Translations under genes and position numbers: made by a program
Virus record (IMG/VR): IMGVR_UViG_2579778674_000002
Span: 1-7,629 of that record
DNA from: a virus
Lineage: Duplodnaviria; Heunggongvirae; Uroviricota; Caudoviricetes
Length of the DNA stretch: 7,629 nucleotides
Strand: one strand, 5' to 3'
The notes under the pieces: model-generated
The model's input: only the letters and a program-made list of their open reading frames with translations
Told to the model about the DNA's origin: nothing
Databases searched by the model: none
In this document: one piece after another, positions 1 to 7,067 of the stretch
Layout of the letters: the number at the start of each line of letters is the position of its first letter
How positions within the stretch are numbered: the first letter of the stretch is position 1

Positions 1-657
1 TTTTTCCGTGAGAGCTATCCCTTCACCACGGAGAAAGTCTATCTCTCACAAATTCCGGGGCTGGTAAACATGGCGCTGTACGTTTCGCCGATTGTTTCCG
101 GTGAGGTTATCCGCTCCCGTGGCGGCTCCACCTCTGAATTTACACCGGGATATGTCAAGCCCAAGCATGAGGTGAATCCGCAGATGACCCTGCGTCGCCT
201 GCCGGATGAAGATCCACAGAATCTGGCGGACCCGGCTTACCGCCGCCGTCGCATCATCATGCAGAACATGCGAGACGAAGAGCTGGCCATTGCTCAGGTC
301 GAAGAGATGCAGGCAGTTTCTGCTGTGCTTAAGGGCAAATACACCATGACCGGTGAAGCCTTCGATCCGGTTGAGGTGGATATGGGCCGCAGTGCGGCGA
401 ACAACATCACACAGTCCGGTGGTACGGAGTGGAGCAAGCGTGACAAGTCCACGTATGACCCGACCGACGATATCGAAGCCTATGCGCTGAACGCCAGCGG
501 TGTGGTGAATATCATCGTGTTTGATCCGAAAGGCTGGGCGCTGTTCCGTTCCTTCAAAGCCGTCAGGGAGAAGCTGGATACCCGTCGGAGCTTGCCATTG
601 CTCAGGTCGAAGAGATGCAGGCCGTTTCTGCTGTGCTTAAGGGCAAATACACCATGA
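1..657 (+). CDS. E: Major capsid protein (lambda gpE-like), N-terminal part; 5' end lies upstream of the window; authentic frame ends at 587 where an internal duplication shifts the frame (ORF runs out of frame to the stop at 657)
   Basis: Frame 1 is open from position 1 (FFRESYPFTTEKVYLSQIPGLVN-MALYVSPIVSGEVIRSRGG...). The translation matches lambda major capsid protein E as I recall it. After 587 the frame reads a second copy of the same DNA out of frame (…DTRR-SLPLLRSKRCRP…) and terminates. Confidence 0.88.
   Translation, partial: FFRESYPFTTEKVYLSQIPGLVNMALYVSPIVSGEVIRSRGGSTSEFTPGYVKPKHEVNPQMTLRRLPDEDPQNLADPAYRRRRIIMQNMRDEELAIAQVEEMQAVSAVLKGKYTMTGEAFDPVEVDMGRSAANNITQSGGTEWSKRDKSTYDPTDDIEAYALNASGVVNIIVFDPKGWALFRSFKAVREKLDTRRSLPLLRSKRCRPFLLCLRANTP
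280..587 (+). repeat. Copy 1 of a 308-bp imperfect tandem direct repeat internal to gene E
   Basis: Base-by-base comparison with 588-895 at offset 308 gives 8 mismatches (copy-1 positions 285, 315, 395, 402, 423, 438, 441, 483), about 97.4% identity. Confidence 0.95.
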
Positions 658-895
658 CCGGTGAAGCCTTCGATCCGGTTGAGGTGGATATGGGCCGCAG
701 TGAGGCGAATAACATCACACAGTCCGGTGGCACGGAGTGGAGCAATCGCGACAAGTCCACGTATGACCCGACCGACGATATCGAAGCCTACGCGCTGAAC
801 GCCAGCGGTGTGGTGAATATCATCGTGTTTGATCCGAAAGGCTGGGCGCTGTTCCGTTCCTTCAAAGCCGTCAGGGAGAAGCTGGATACCCGTCG
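588..895 (+). repeat. Copy 2 of the 308-bp imperfect tandem direct repeat internal to gene E
   Basis: Same alignment as copy 1. The unit length of 308 is not a multiple of 3, so it produces a +2 frameshift in E. Confidence 0.95.
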
Positions 896-1256
896 CGGCT
901 CTCATTCCGAGCTGGAGACAGCGGTAAAAGACCTGGGTAAAGCGGTGTCCTATAAGGGGATGTATGGCGATGTGGCCATCGTCGTGTATTCCGGACAGTA
1001 CGTGGAAAACGGCGTCAAAAAGAACTTTCTGCCGGACAACACGATGGTACTGGGGAACACTCAGGCACGCGGTCTGCGCACCTATGGTTGTATTCAGGAT
1101 GCGGATGCATTGAGTGAGGGTATTAATGCGTCTCCTCGTTATCCGAAAAACTGGAAGACATCCGGCGATCCGGCGCGTGAGTTCACCATGATTCAGTCAG
1201 CACCGCTGATGCTGCTGGCTGATCCTGATGAGTTCGTGTCCGTACAACTGGCGTAA
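615..1256 (+). CDS. E: Major capsid protein (lambda gpE-like), C-terminal part in frame 3, restored by the second copy of the duplicated segment; TAA stop at 1254-1256
   Basis: ORF 615..1256 translates MQAVSAVLKGKYTMTGEAFDPVEVDMGRSEANN…GSHSELETAVKDLGKAVSYKGMYGDVAIVVYSGQYVENG…FVSVQLA, which continues the gpE sequence to its C-terminus. The first 43 aa repeat residues already encoded at 307-435 in frame 1. Confidence 0.88.
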   Translation: MQAVSAVLKGKYTMTGEAFDPVEVDMGRSEANNITQSGGTEWSNRDKSTYDPTDDIEAYALNASGVVNIIVFDPKGWALFRSFKAVREKLDTRRGSHSELETAVKDLGKAVSYKGMYGDVAIVVYSGQYVENGVKKNFLPDNTMVLGNTQARGLRTYGCIQDADALSEGINASPRYPKNWKTSGDPAREFTMIQSAPLMLLADPDEFVSVQLA

Positions 1257-1257
1257 T

Positions 1258-1285
1258 CGTGGCCCTTCGGGGCCATTGTTTCTCT
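1258..1285 (+). terminator. Stable hairpin (stem tggccc/gggcca with ttcg tetraloop, 1260-1275) followed by a T-rich tract, between the E stop and FI start; possible partial intrinsic terminator or mRNA-stabilising/translation-modulating structure
   Basis: Perfect 6-bp inverted repeat TGGCCC-TTCG-GGGCCA at 1260-1275, then TTGTTTCTCT. It begins 4 nt after the E TAA stop and ends about 22 nt before the FI ATG. Confidence 0.4.
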
Positions 1286-1297
1286 GTGGAGGAGTCC

Positions 1298-1693
1298 ATG
1301 ACGAAAGATGAACTGATTGCCCGTCTTCAGGTGCTGGGTGAGCAACTGAACCGTGATGTCAGCCTGACGGGGACGAAAGAAGAACTGGCACTCCGTGTGG
1401 CAGAGCTGGAAGAGGAGCTTGATGACACGGATGACGCTGCCGGTCAGGACACGTCTGTCAGCCCGGAAAATGCGCTGACCGGGCATGAAAATGAGGTGGT
1501 GTCAGCGCAGCCAGGGACCGTGACTGATACGGCTGCTCTGGTCACGGTTGTGGCACTGGTGACGCTGCATACCGATGCACTTCACGCCACGCGGGATGAA
1601 CCTGTGGCATTTGTGCTGCCGGGAACGGCGTTTCGTGTCTCTGCCGGTGTGGCAGCCGAAATGACAGAGCGCGGCCTGGCCAGAATGCAATAA
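1298..1693 (+). CDS. FI: Head assembly / DNA packaging protein (lambda gpFI-like)
   Basis: ATG at 1298 preceded by GGAGGAG (1289-1295). Translation MTKDELIARLQVLGEQLNRDVSLTGTKEELALRVAELEEELDD…ERGLARMQ matches lambda FI as recalled. The ORF-track start at 1259 (GTG) lies inside the hairpin and has no RBS. Confidence 0.9.
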   Translation: MTKDELIARLQVLGEQLNRDVSLTGTKEELALRVAELEEELDDTDDAAGQDTSVSPENALTGHENEVVSAQPGTVTDTAALVTVVALVTLHTDALHATRDEPVAFVLPGTAFRVSAGVAAEMTERGLARMQ

Positions 1694-1704
1694 CGGGAGG
1701 CGCT

Positions 1705-2058
1705 GTGGCTGATTTCGATAACCTGTTCGATGCTGCCATTGTCCGCGCCGATGAAACGATACGCGGGTACATGGGAACGTCAGCCACCATGACATCCGGT
1801 GAGCAGTCCGGCGCAGTAATACGTGGTGTTTTTGATGACCCTGAAAATATCAGCTATGCCGGACAGGGCGTGCGCGTTGAAGGCTCCAGCCCGTCCCTGT
1901 TTGTCCGGACTGATGATGTGCGGCAGCTGCGGCGTGGAGACACGCTGACCATCGGTGAGGAAAACTTCTGGATAGACCGGGTTTCGCCGGATGATGGTGG
2001 AAGCTGTCATCTCTGGCTTGGGCGGGGCGTACCGCCTGCCGTTAACCGTCGCCGCTGA
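1705..2058 (+). CDS. FII: Head-tail joining / head completion protein (lambda gpFII-like), GTG start
   Basis: GTG at 1705 preceded by GGGAGG (1695-1700). Translation (M)ADFDNLFDAAIVRADETIRGYMGTSATMTSGEQSG…LWLGRGVPPAVNRRR matches lambda FII. Confidence 0.9.
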   Translation: MADFDNLFDAAIVRADETIRGYMGTSATMTSGEQSGAVIRGVFDDPENISYAGQGVRVEGSSPSLFVRTDDVRQLRRGDTLTIGEENFWIDRVSPDDGGSCHLWLGRGVPPAVNRRR

Positions 2059-2069
2059 AAGGGGGATGT

Positions 2070-2648
2070 ATGGCCATACAGGGTCTTGAGCAGGCCATTG
2101 AAAACCTCAGCCGTATCAGCAAAACGGCGGTGCCTGGTGCCGCCGCAATGGCCATTAACCGCGTTGCTTCATCCGCGATATCGCAGTCGGCGTCACAGGT
2201 TGCCCGTGAGACAAAGGTACGCCGGAAACTGGTAAAGGAAAGGGCCAGGCTGAAAAGGGCCACGGTCAAAAATCCGCAGGCCAGAATCAAAGTTAACCGG
2301 GGGGATTTGCCCGTAATCAAGCTGGGTAATGCGCGGGTTGTCCTGTCCCGCCGCAGGCGTCGTAAAAAGGGGCAGCGTTCATCCCTGAAAGGTGGCGGCA
2401 GCGTGCTTGTGGTGGGTAACCGTCGTATTCCCGGCGCGTTTATTCAGCAACTGAAAAATGGCCGCTGGCATGTCATGCAGCGTGTGGCCGGGAAAAACCG
2501 TTACCCCATTGATGTGGTGAAAATCCCGATGGCGGTGCCGCTGACCACGGCGTTTAAACAGAATATTGAGCGGATACGGCGTGAACGTCTTCCGAAAGAG
2601 CTGGGCTATGCGCTGCAGCATCAACTGAGGATGGTAATAAAGCGATGA
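2070..2648 (+). CDS. Z: Tail completion protein (lambda gpZ-like)
   Basis: ATG at 2070 preceded by a G-rich RBS (GGGGGA 2061-2066). The 192-aa product MAIQGLEQAIENLSRISKTAVPGAAAMAINRV… matches lambda Z. The stop overlaps the U start (ATGA). Confidence 0.92.
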   Translation: MAIQGLEQAIENLSRISKTAVPGAAAMAINRVASSAISQSASQVARETKVRRKLVKERARLKRATVKNPQARIKVNRGDLPVIKLGNARVVLSRRRRRKKGQRSSLKGGGSVLVVGNRRIPGAFIQQLKNGRWHVMQRVAGKNRYPIDVVKIPMAVPLTTAFKQNIERIRRERLPKELGYALQHQLRMVIKR

Positions 2649-3040
2649 AACATACTGAACTCCGTGCAGCCGTACTGGATGCACTGGAGAAGCATGACAC
2701 CGGGGCGACGCTTTTTGATGGTCGCCCCGCTGTTTTTGATGAGGCGGATTTTCCGGCAATTGCCGTTTATCTCACCGGCGCTGAATACACGGGCGAAGAG
2801 CTGGACAGCGATACCTGGCAGGCGGAGTTGCATATTGAAGTTTTCCTGCCTGCTCAGGTGCCGGATTCAGAGCTGGATTCGTGGATGGAGTCCCGGATTT
2901 ATCCGGTGATGAGCGATGTCCCGGCACTGTCAGATTTGATCACCAGTATGGTGGCCAGTGGCTATGACTACCGGCGCGACGATGATGCGGGCCTGTGGAG
3001 TTCAGCCGATCTGACTTATGTCATTACCTATGAAATGTGA
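2645..3040 (+). CDS. U: Tail tube terminator protein (lambda gpU-like)
   Basis: The 131-aa product [48 protein letters not shown]…LTYVITYEM matches lambda U. The start overlaps the Z stop by 4 nt. Confidence 0.92.
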   Translation: MKHTELRAAVLDALEKHDTGATLFDGRPAVFDEADFPAIAVYLTGAEYTGEELDSDTWQAELHIEVFLPAQVPDSELDSWMESRIYPVMSDVPALSDLITSMVASGYDYRRDDDAGLWSSADLTYVITYEM

Positions 3041-3047
3041 GGACGCT

Positions 3048-3788
3048 ATGCCTGTACCAAATCCTACAATGCCGGTGAAAGGTGCCGGGACCACCCTGTG
3101 GGTTTATAAGGGGAGCGGTAACCCTTATGCGAATCCGCTTTCAGACGTTGACTGGTTGCGTCTGGCAAAAGTTAAAGACCTGACGCCCGGCGAACTGACC
3201 GCTGAGTCCTGTGACGACAGTTATCTCGATGATGAAGATGCGGACTGGACCGCGACCGGGCAGGGTCAGAAATCCGCCGGAGATACCAGCTTCACGCTGG
3301 CGTGGATGCCCGGAGAGCAGGGGCAGCAGGCGCTGCTGGCGTGGTTTAATGAAGGTGATACCCGTGCCTATAAAATCCGCTTCCCGAACGGCGCGGTCGA
3401 TGTGTTCCGTGGCTGGGTCAGCAGTATCGGTAAGGCGGTGACGGCGAAGGAAGTGATCACCCGTACGGTGAAGGTCACCAATGTGGGACGCCCGTCGATG
3501 GCTGAAGATCGCAGTACGGTAACAGCGGCAACCGGCATGACCGTGACGCCTGCCAGCACCTCGGTGGTGAAAGGGCAGAGCACCACGCTGACCGTGGCAT
3601 TCCAGCCGGAGGGCGCAACCGACAAGAGCTTCCGTGCGGTGTCTGCGGATAAAACAAAAGCCACCGTGTCGGTCAGTGGTATGACCATCACCGTGAAAGG
3701 TGTTGCTGCAGGCAAGGTCAACATTCCGGTTGTATCCGGTAATGGTGAACTTGCTGCGGTTGCAGAAATCACCGTCACCGACAGTTAA
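3048..3788 (+). CDS. V: Major tail tube protein (lambda gpV-like) with C-terminal Ig-like (Big_2-type) domain
   Basis: ATG at 3048 preceded by GAGGA (3039-3043). The 246-aa product [24 protein letters not shown]…AEITVTDS matches lambda V. The C-terminal ~80 aa have the beta-rich T/V/S composition typical of the V Ig-like domain. The ORF-track start at 3018 overlaps U and has no RBS. Confidence 0.93.
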   Translation: MPVPNPTMPVKGAGTTLWVYKGSGNPYANPLSDVDWLRLAKVKDLTPGELTAESCDDSYLDDEDADWTATGQGQKSAGDTSFTLAWMPGEQGQQALLAWFNEGDTRAYKIRFPNGAVDVFRGWVSSIGKAVTAKEVITRTVKVTNVGRPSMAEDRSTVTAATGMTVTPASTSVVKGQSTTLTVAFQPEGATDKSFRAVSADKTKATVSVSGMTITVKGVAAGKVNIPVVSGNGELAAVAEITVTDS

Positions 3789-3803
3789 TCCGGAGAGTCA
3801 GCG

Positions 3804-4226
3804 ATGTTCCTGAAAACCGAATCATTTGAATATAACGGTGTGAGCGTCACGCTTTCTGAACTGTCAGCCCTGCAGCGTATTGAGCATCTCGCCCTGCTGA
3901 AACGACAGGCAGAACAGGCGGGAACCAGTGTCAATCGACAGGTGAGCGTGGAAGATCTCGTCAGAACCGGTGCTTTTCTGGTGGCGATGTCCCTGTGGCA
4001 TAACCATCCGCAGAAGACAAAGATGCCATCCATGAATGAAGCCGTTAAACAAATTGAGCAGGAAGTGCTTACCACCTGGCCTACAGAGGCAATTGCTCAG
4101 GCTGAAAATGTGGTAATGCGTCTGTCCGGTATGTCTGAGTTTGTTGTGAATGATGCACCTGAACAGGCAGATGACGCCGGGCCTGCAGAGCCTGTTTCTG
4201 CGGGAAAGTGTTCGACGGTGAGCTGA
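3804..4226 (+). CDS. G: Tail assembly chaperone (lambda gpG-like)
   Basis: ATG at 3804 preceded by GGAGAG (3792-3797). The 140-aa product MFLKTESFEYNGVSVTLSELSALQRIEHLALLKRQ…PVSAGKCSTVS matches lambda G. Confidence 0.92.
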   Translation: MFLKTESFEYNGVSVTLSELSALQRIEHLALLKRQAEQAGTSVNRQVSVEDLVRTGAFLVAMSLWHNHPQKTKMPSMNEAVKQIEQEVLTTWPTEAIAQAENVVMRLSGMSEFVVNDAPEQADDAGPAEPVSAGKCSTVS

Positions 4227-4642
4227 GTTTTGCCCTGAAACTGGCGCGTGAGATGGGGCGACCCGACTGGCGCGCCATGCTTGCCGGGATGTCATCCACG
4301 GAGTATGCCGACTGGCACCGCTTTTACAGTACCCATTATTTTCATGATGTTCTGCTGGATATGCACTTTTCCGGGCTGACGTACACCGTGCTCAGCCTGT
4401 TTTTCAGCGATCCGGATATGCATCCGCTGGATTTCAGTCTGCTGAACCGGCGTGAGGCTGACGAAGAGCCTGAAGATGATGTGCTGATGCAGAAAGCGGC
4501 AGGGCTTGCCGGAGGCGTCCGCTTTGACCCGGACGGGAATGAAGTTATCCCCGCTTCCCCGGATGTGGCGGGCATGACGGAGGATGACGTAATGCTGATG
4601 ACAGTATCAGAAGGGATCGCAGGAGGAGTCCGGTATGGCTGA
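3804..4642 (+). CDS. T: Tail assembly protein G-T, made by programmed -1 ribosomal frameshift at GGGAAAG (4202-4208): G frame 3804-4208, then T frame 4208-4642
   Basis: The slippery heptamer G GGA AAG sits in the G zero frame, five codons before the G stop. The -1 frame is open from 4208 to TGA at 4640-4642 and encodes VFDGELSFALKLAREMGRPDWRAMLAGMSSTEYADWHRFY…, the lambda T region. There is no RBS or ATG for an independent T start. Confidence 0.85.
4202..4208 (+). promoter_or_regulatory. -1 programmed ribosomal frameshift slippery heptamer (X XXY YYZ = G GGA AAG)
   Basis: Exact GGGAAAG in the correct phase relative to the G reading frame, with the T frame open in -1. Confidence 0.85.
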
Positions 4643-7067
4643 ACCGGTAGGCGATCTGGTCGTTGATTTAAGTCTGGATGCGGCCAGATTTGACGAGCAG
4701 ATGGCCAGAGTCAGGCGTCATTTTTCCGGTACGGAAAGTGATGCGAAAAAAACAGCGGCAGTCGTTGAACAGTCAATGAACCGGCAGGCGCTGGCTGCAC
4801 AGAAAGCGGGGATTTCCGTCGGACAGTATAAAGCCGCCATGCGTATGCTTCCTGCACAGTTCACCGACGTGGCCACGCAGCTTGCAGGCGGGCAGAGTCC
4901 GTGGCTGATCCTGCTGCAACAGGGTGGTCAGGTGAAGGACTCCTTCGGCGGTATGATCCCCATGTTCAGGGGACTTGCCGGTGCGATCACCCTGCCGATG
5001 GTCGGGGCCACCTCGCTGGCAGTGGCGACCGGTGCGCTGGCGTATGCCTGGTATCAGGGCAACTCAACCCTGTCCGATTTCAACAAAACGCTGGTCCTTT
5101 CCGGCAATCAGTCGGGTCTGACGGCAGATCGTATGCTGGTCCTGTCCAGAGCCGGGCAGGCGGCAGGGCTGACGTTTAACCAGACCAGCGAGTCACTCAG
5201 CGCACTGGTTAAGGCTGGGATAAGCGGTGAGGCTCAGATTGCGTCCATCAGCCAGAGTGTGGCGCGTTTCTCCTCTGCATCCGGCGTGGAGGTGGACAAG
5301 GTCGCTGAAGCCTTCGGGAAGCTGACCACTGACCCGACGTCGGGGCTGACAGCGATGGCACGCCAGTTCCATAACGTGACGGCGGAGCAGATTGCGTATG
5401 TTGCTCAGTTACAGCGTTCCGGCGATGAAGCCGGGGCATTGCAGGCGGCGAACGAGGCCGCAACGAAAGGGTTTGATGACCAGACCCGCCGCCTGAAAGA
5501 GAACATGGGCACGCTGGAGACCTGGGCAGACAGGACAGCGCGGGCATTCAAATCCATGTGGGATGCGGTGCTGGATATTGGTCGTCCTGATACCGCGCAG
5601 GAGATGCTGATTAAGGCAGAGGCTGCGTTTAAGAAAGCAGACGACATCTGGAATCTGCGCAAGGATGATTATTTTGTTAACGATGAAGCGCGGGCGCGTT
5701 ACTGGGATGATCGTGAAAAGGCCCGTCTAGCGCTTGAAGCCGCCCGAAAGAAGGCTGAGCAGCAGACTCAACAGGACAAAAATGCGCAGCAGCAGAGCGA
5801 TACCGAAGCGTCACGGCTGAAATATACCGAAGAGGCGCAGAAGGCTTACGAACGGCTGCAGACGCCGCTGGAGAAATATAGCGCCCGTCAGGAAGAACTG
5901 AACAAGGCACTGAAAGACGGGAAAATCCTGCAGGCGGATTACAACACGCTGATGGCGGCGGCGAAAAAGGATTATGAAGAGACGCTGAAAAAGCCGAAAC
6001 AGTCCGGCGTGAAGGTGTCTGCGGGCGATCGTCAGGAAGACAGTGCTCATGCTGCCCTGCTGACGCTTCAGGCAGAACTCCGGACGCTGGAGAAGCATGC
6101 CGGAGCGAATGAGAAAATCAGCCAGCAGCGCCGGGATTTGTGGAAGGCAGAAAGTCAGTTCGCGGTACTGGAGGAGGCGGCGCAACGTCGCCAGCTGTCT
6201 GCACAGGAGAAATCCCTGCTGGCGCATAAAGATGAGACGCTGGAGTACAAACGCCAGCTGGCTGCACTTGGCGACAAGGTTACGTATCAGGAGCGCCTGA
6301 ACGCGCTGGCGCAGCAGGCGGATAAATTCGCACAGCAGCAACGGGCAAAACGGGCCGCCATTGATGCGAAAAGCCGGGGGCTGACTGACCGGCAGGCAGC
6401 GCGGGAAGCCACGGAACAGCGCCTGAAGGAACAGTATGGCGATAATCCTCTGGCGCTGAATAACGTCATGTCAGAGCAGAAAAAGACCTGGGCGGCTGAA
6501 GACCAGCTTCGCGGGAGCTGGATGGCAGGCCTGAAGTCCGGCTGGAGTGAGTGGGAAGAGAGCGCCACGGACAGTATGTCGCAGGTAAAAAGTGCAGCCA
6601 CGCAGACCTTTGATGGTATTGCACAGAATATGGCGGCGATGCTGACCGGCAGTGAGCAGAACTGGCGCAGCTTCACCCGCTCCGTGCTGTCCATGATGAC
6701 AGAAATTCTGCTTAAGCAGGCAATGGTGGGGATTGTCGGGAGTATCGGCAGCGCCATTGGCGGGGCTGTTGGTGGCGGCGCATCCGCGTCAGGCGGTACA
6801 GCCATTCAGGCCGCTGCGGCGAAATTCCATTTTGCGACCGGGGGATTTACGGGAACCGGCGGAAAATATGAGCCAGCGGGGATTGTTCACCGTGGTGAGT
6901 TTGTCTTCACGAAGGAGGCAACCAGCCGGATTGGCGTGGGAAATCTCTACCGGCTGATGCGCGGCTATGCCACCGGCGGGTATGTCGGTGGCACCGGAAA
7001 CCGGCGGTTATGTCGGTACACCTGGCAGCATGGCGGACAGCCGCTCGCAGGCGTCCGGGACGTTTGA
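4635..7067 (+). CDS. H: Tail tape measure protein (lambda gpH-like); authentic frame runs 4635-6989, then a 28-bp insertion shifts the frame and the ORF ends prematurely at 7067
   Basis: ATG at 4635 overlaps the T stop (ATGGCTGA). Translation MAEPVGDLVVDLSLDAARFDEQMARVRRHFSG… with a hydrophobic segment, a long E/K/Q/A-rich coiled-coil region and a Gly-rich C-terminal region matches lambda H up to …LMRGYATGGYVG, after which the sequence is unrelated (GTGNRRLCRYTWQ…). Confidence 0.92.
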   Translation: MAEPVGDLVVDLSLDAARFDEQMARVRRHFSGTESDAKKTAAVVEQSMNRQALAAQKAGISVGQYKAAMRMLPAQFTDVATQLAGGQSPWLILLQQGGQVKDSFGGMIPMFRGLAGAITLPMVGATSLAVATGALAYAWYQGNSTLSDFNKTLVLSGNQSGLTADRMLVLSRAGQAAGLTFNQTSESLSALVKAGISGEAQIASISQSVARFSSASGVEVDKVAEAFGKLTTDPTSGLTAMARQFHNVTAEQIAYVAQLQRSGDEAGALQAANEAATKGFDDQTRRLKENMGTLETWADRTARAFKSMWDAVLDIGRPDTAQEMLIKAEAAFKKADDIWNLRKDDYFVNDEARARYWDDREKARLALEAARKKAEQQTQQDKNAQQQSDTEASRLKYTEEAQKAYERLQTPLEKYSARQEELNKALKDGKILQADYNTLMAAAKKDYEETLKKPKQSGVKVSAGDRQEDSAHAALLTLQAELRTLEKHAGANEKISQQRRDLWKAESQFAVLEEAAQRRQLSAQEKSLLAHKDETLEYKRQLAALGDKVTYQERLNALAQQADKFAQQQRAKRAAIDAKSRGLTDRQAAREATEQRLKEQYGDNPLALNNVMSEQKKTWAAEDQLRGSWMAGLKSGWSEWEESATDSMSQVKSAATQTFDGIAQNMAAMLTGSEQNWRSFTRSVLSMMTEILLKQAMVGIVGSIGSAIGGAVGGGASASGGTAIQAAAAKFHFATGGFTGTGGKYEPAGIVHRGEFVFTKEATSRIGVGNLYRLMRGYATGGYVGGTGNRRLCRYTWQHGGQPLAGVRDV

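Noticed and set aside
480-905. 141-aa minus-strand ORF
   Set aside because: It lies entirely antisense to the gpE coding sequence (both copies of the duplication). No RBS or known family. An artefact of the duplicated, codon-biased region.
1259-1297. Upstream GTG start for FI (ORF-track 1259)
   Set aside because: The extension begins inside the post-E hairpin, has no RBS, and adds residues absent from gpFI. ATG at 1298 with GGAGGAG upstream is the convincing start.
1193-1795. Minus-strand ORFs 1193..1486, 1502..1795 and 1542..1790
   Set aside because: They are antisense to the end of E, FI and the start of FII, which are strongly supported on the + strand. No independent support.
3018-3047. 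Upstream ATG start for V (ORF-track 3018)
   Set aside because: It would overlap the end of U by 23 nt and has no RBS. ATG at 3048 with a GAGGA RBS gives the expected 246-aa V beginning MPVPNP.
2042-3778. Minus-strand and alternative-frame ORFs inside Z, U and V (2042..2320, 2379..2759, 2621..2833, 2664..2909, 3211..3441, 3368..3778, 3475..3657)
   Set aside because: All overlap well-supported + strand genes and lack start-site signals or recognisable products.
4208-4642. Independent gene T starting at GTG 4208
   Set aside because: There is no RBS, and the GTG is the codon immediately after the slippery site. By established lambda biology, T is expressed only as the G-T frameshift fusion.
5811-6805. 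Long minus-strand ORFs 5811..6341 (176 aa) and 6287..6805 (172 aa), and other antisense or internal ORFs within H (4901..5179, 5248..5547, 5405..5662, 5677..5910, 6097..6300, 6733..6957)
   Set aside because: They are embedded in the H coding region. Their R/L/C-rich or P/A-rich low-complexity translations are the expected mirror of the GC-rich, Q/E/A/K-biased H sequence.
6990-7017. Possibility that the H frame change is a second programmed frameshift
   Set aside because: It would need a +1 shift with no recognisable slippery or shifty-stop context. The lesion is an insertion flanked by a direct repeat, which fits replication slippage or recombination far better. No lambda-type tape measure gene is known to use recoding here.
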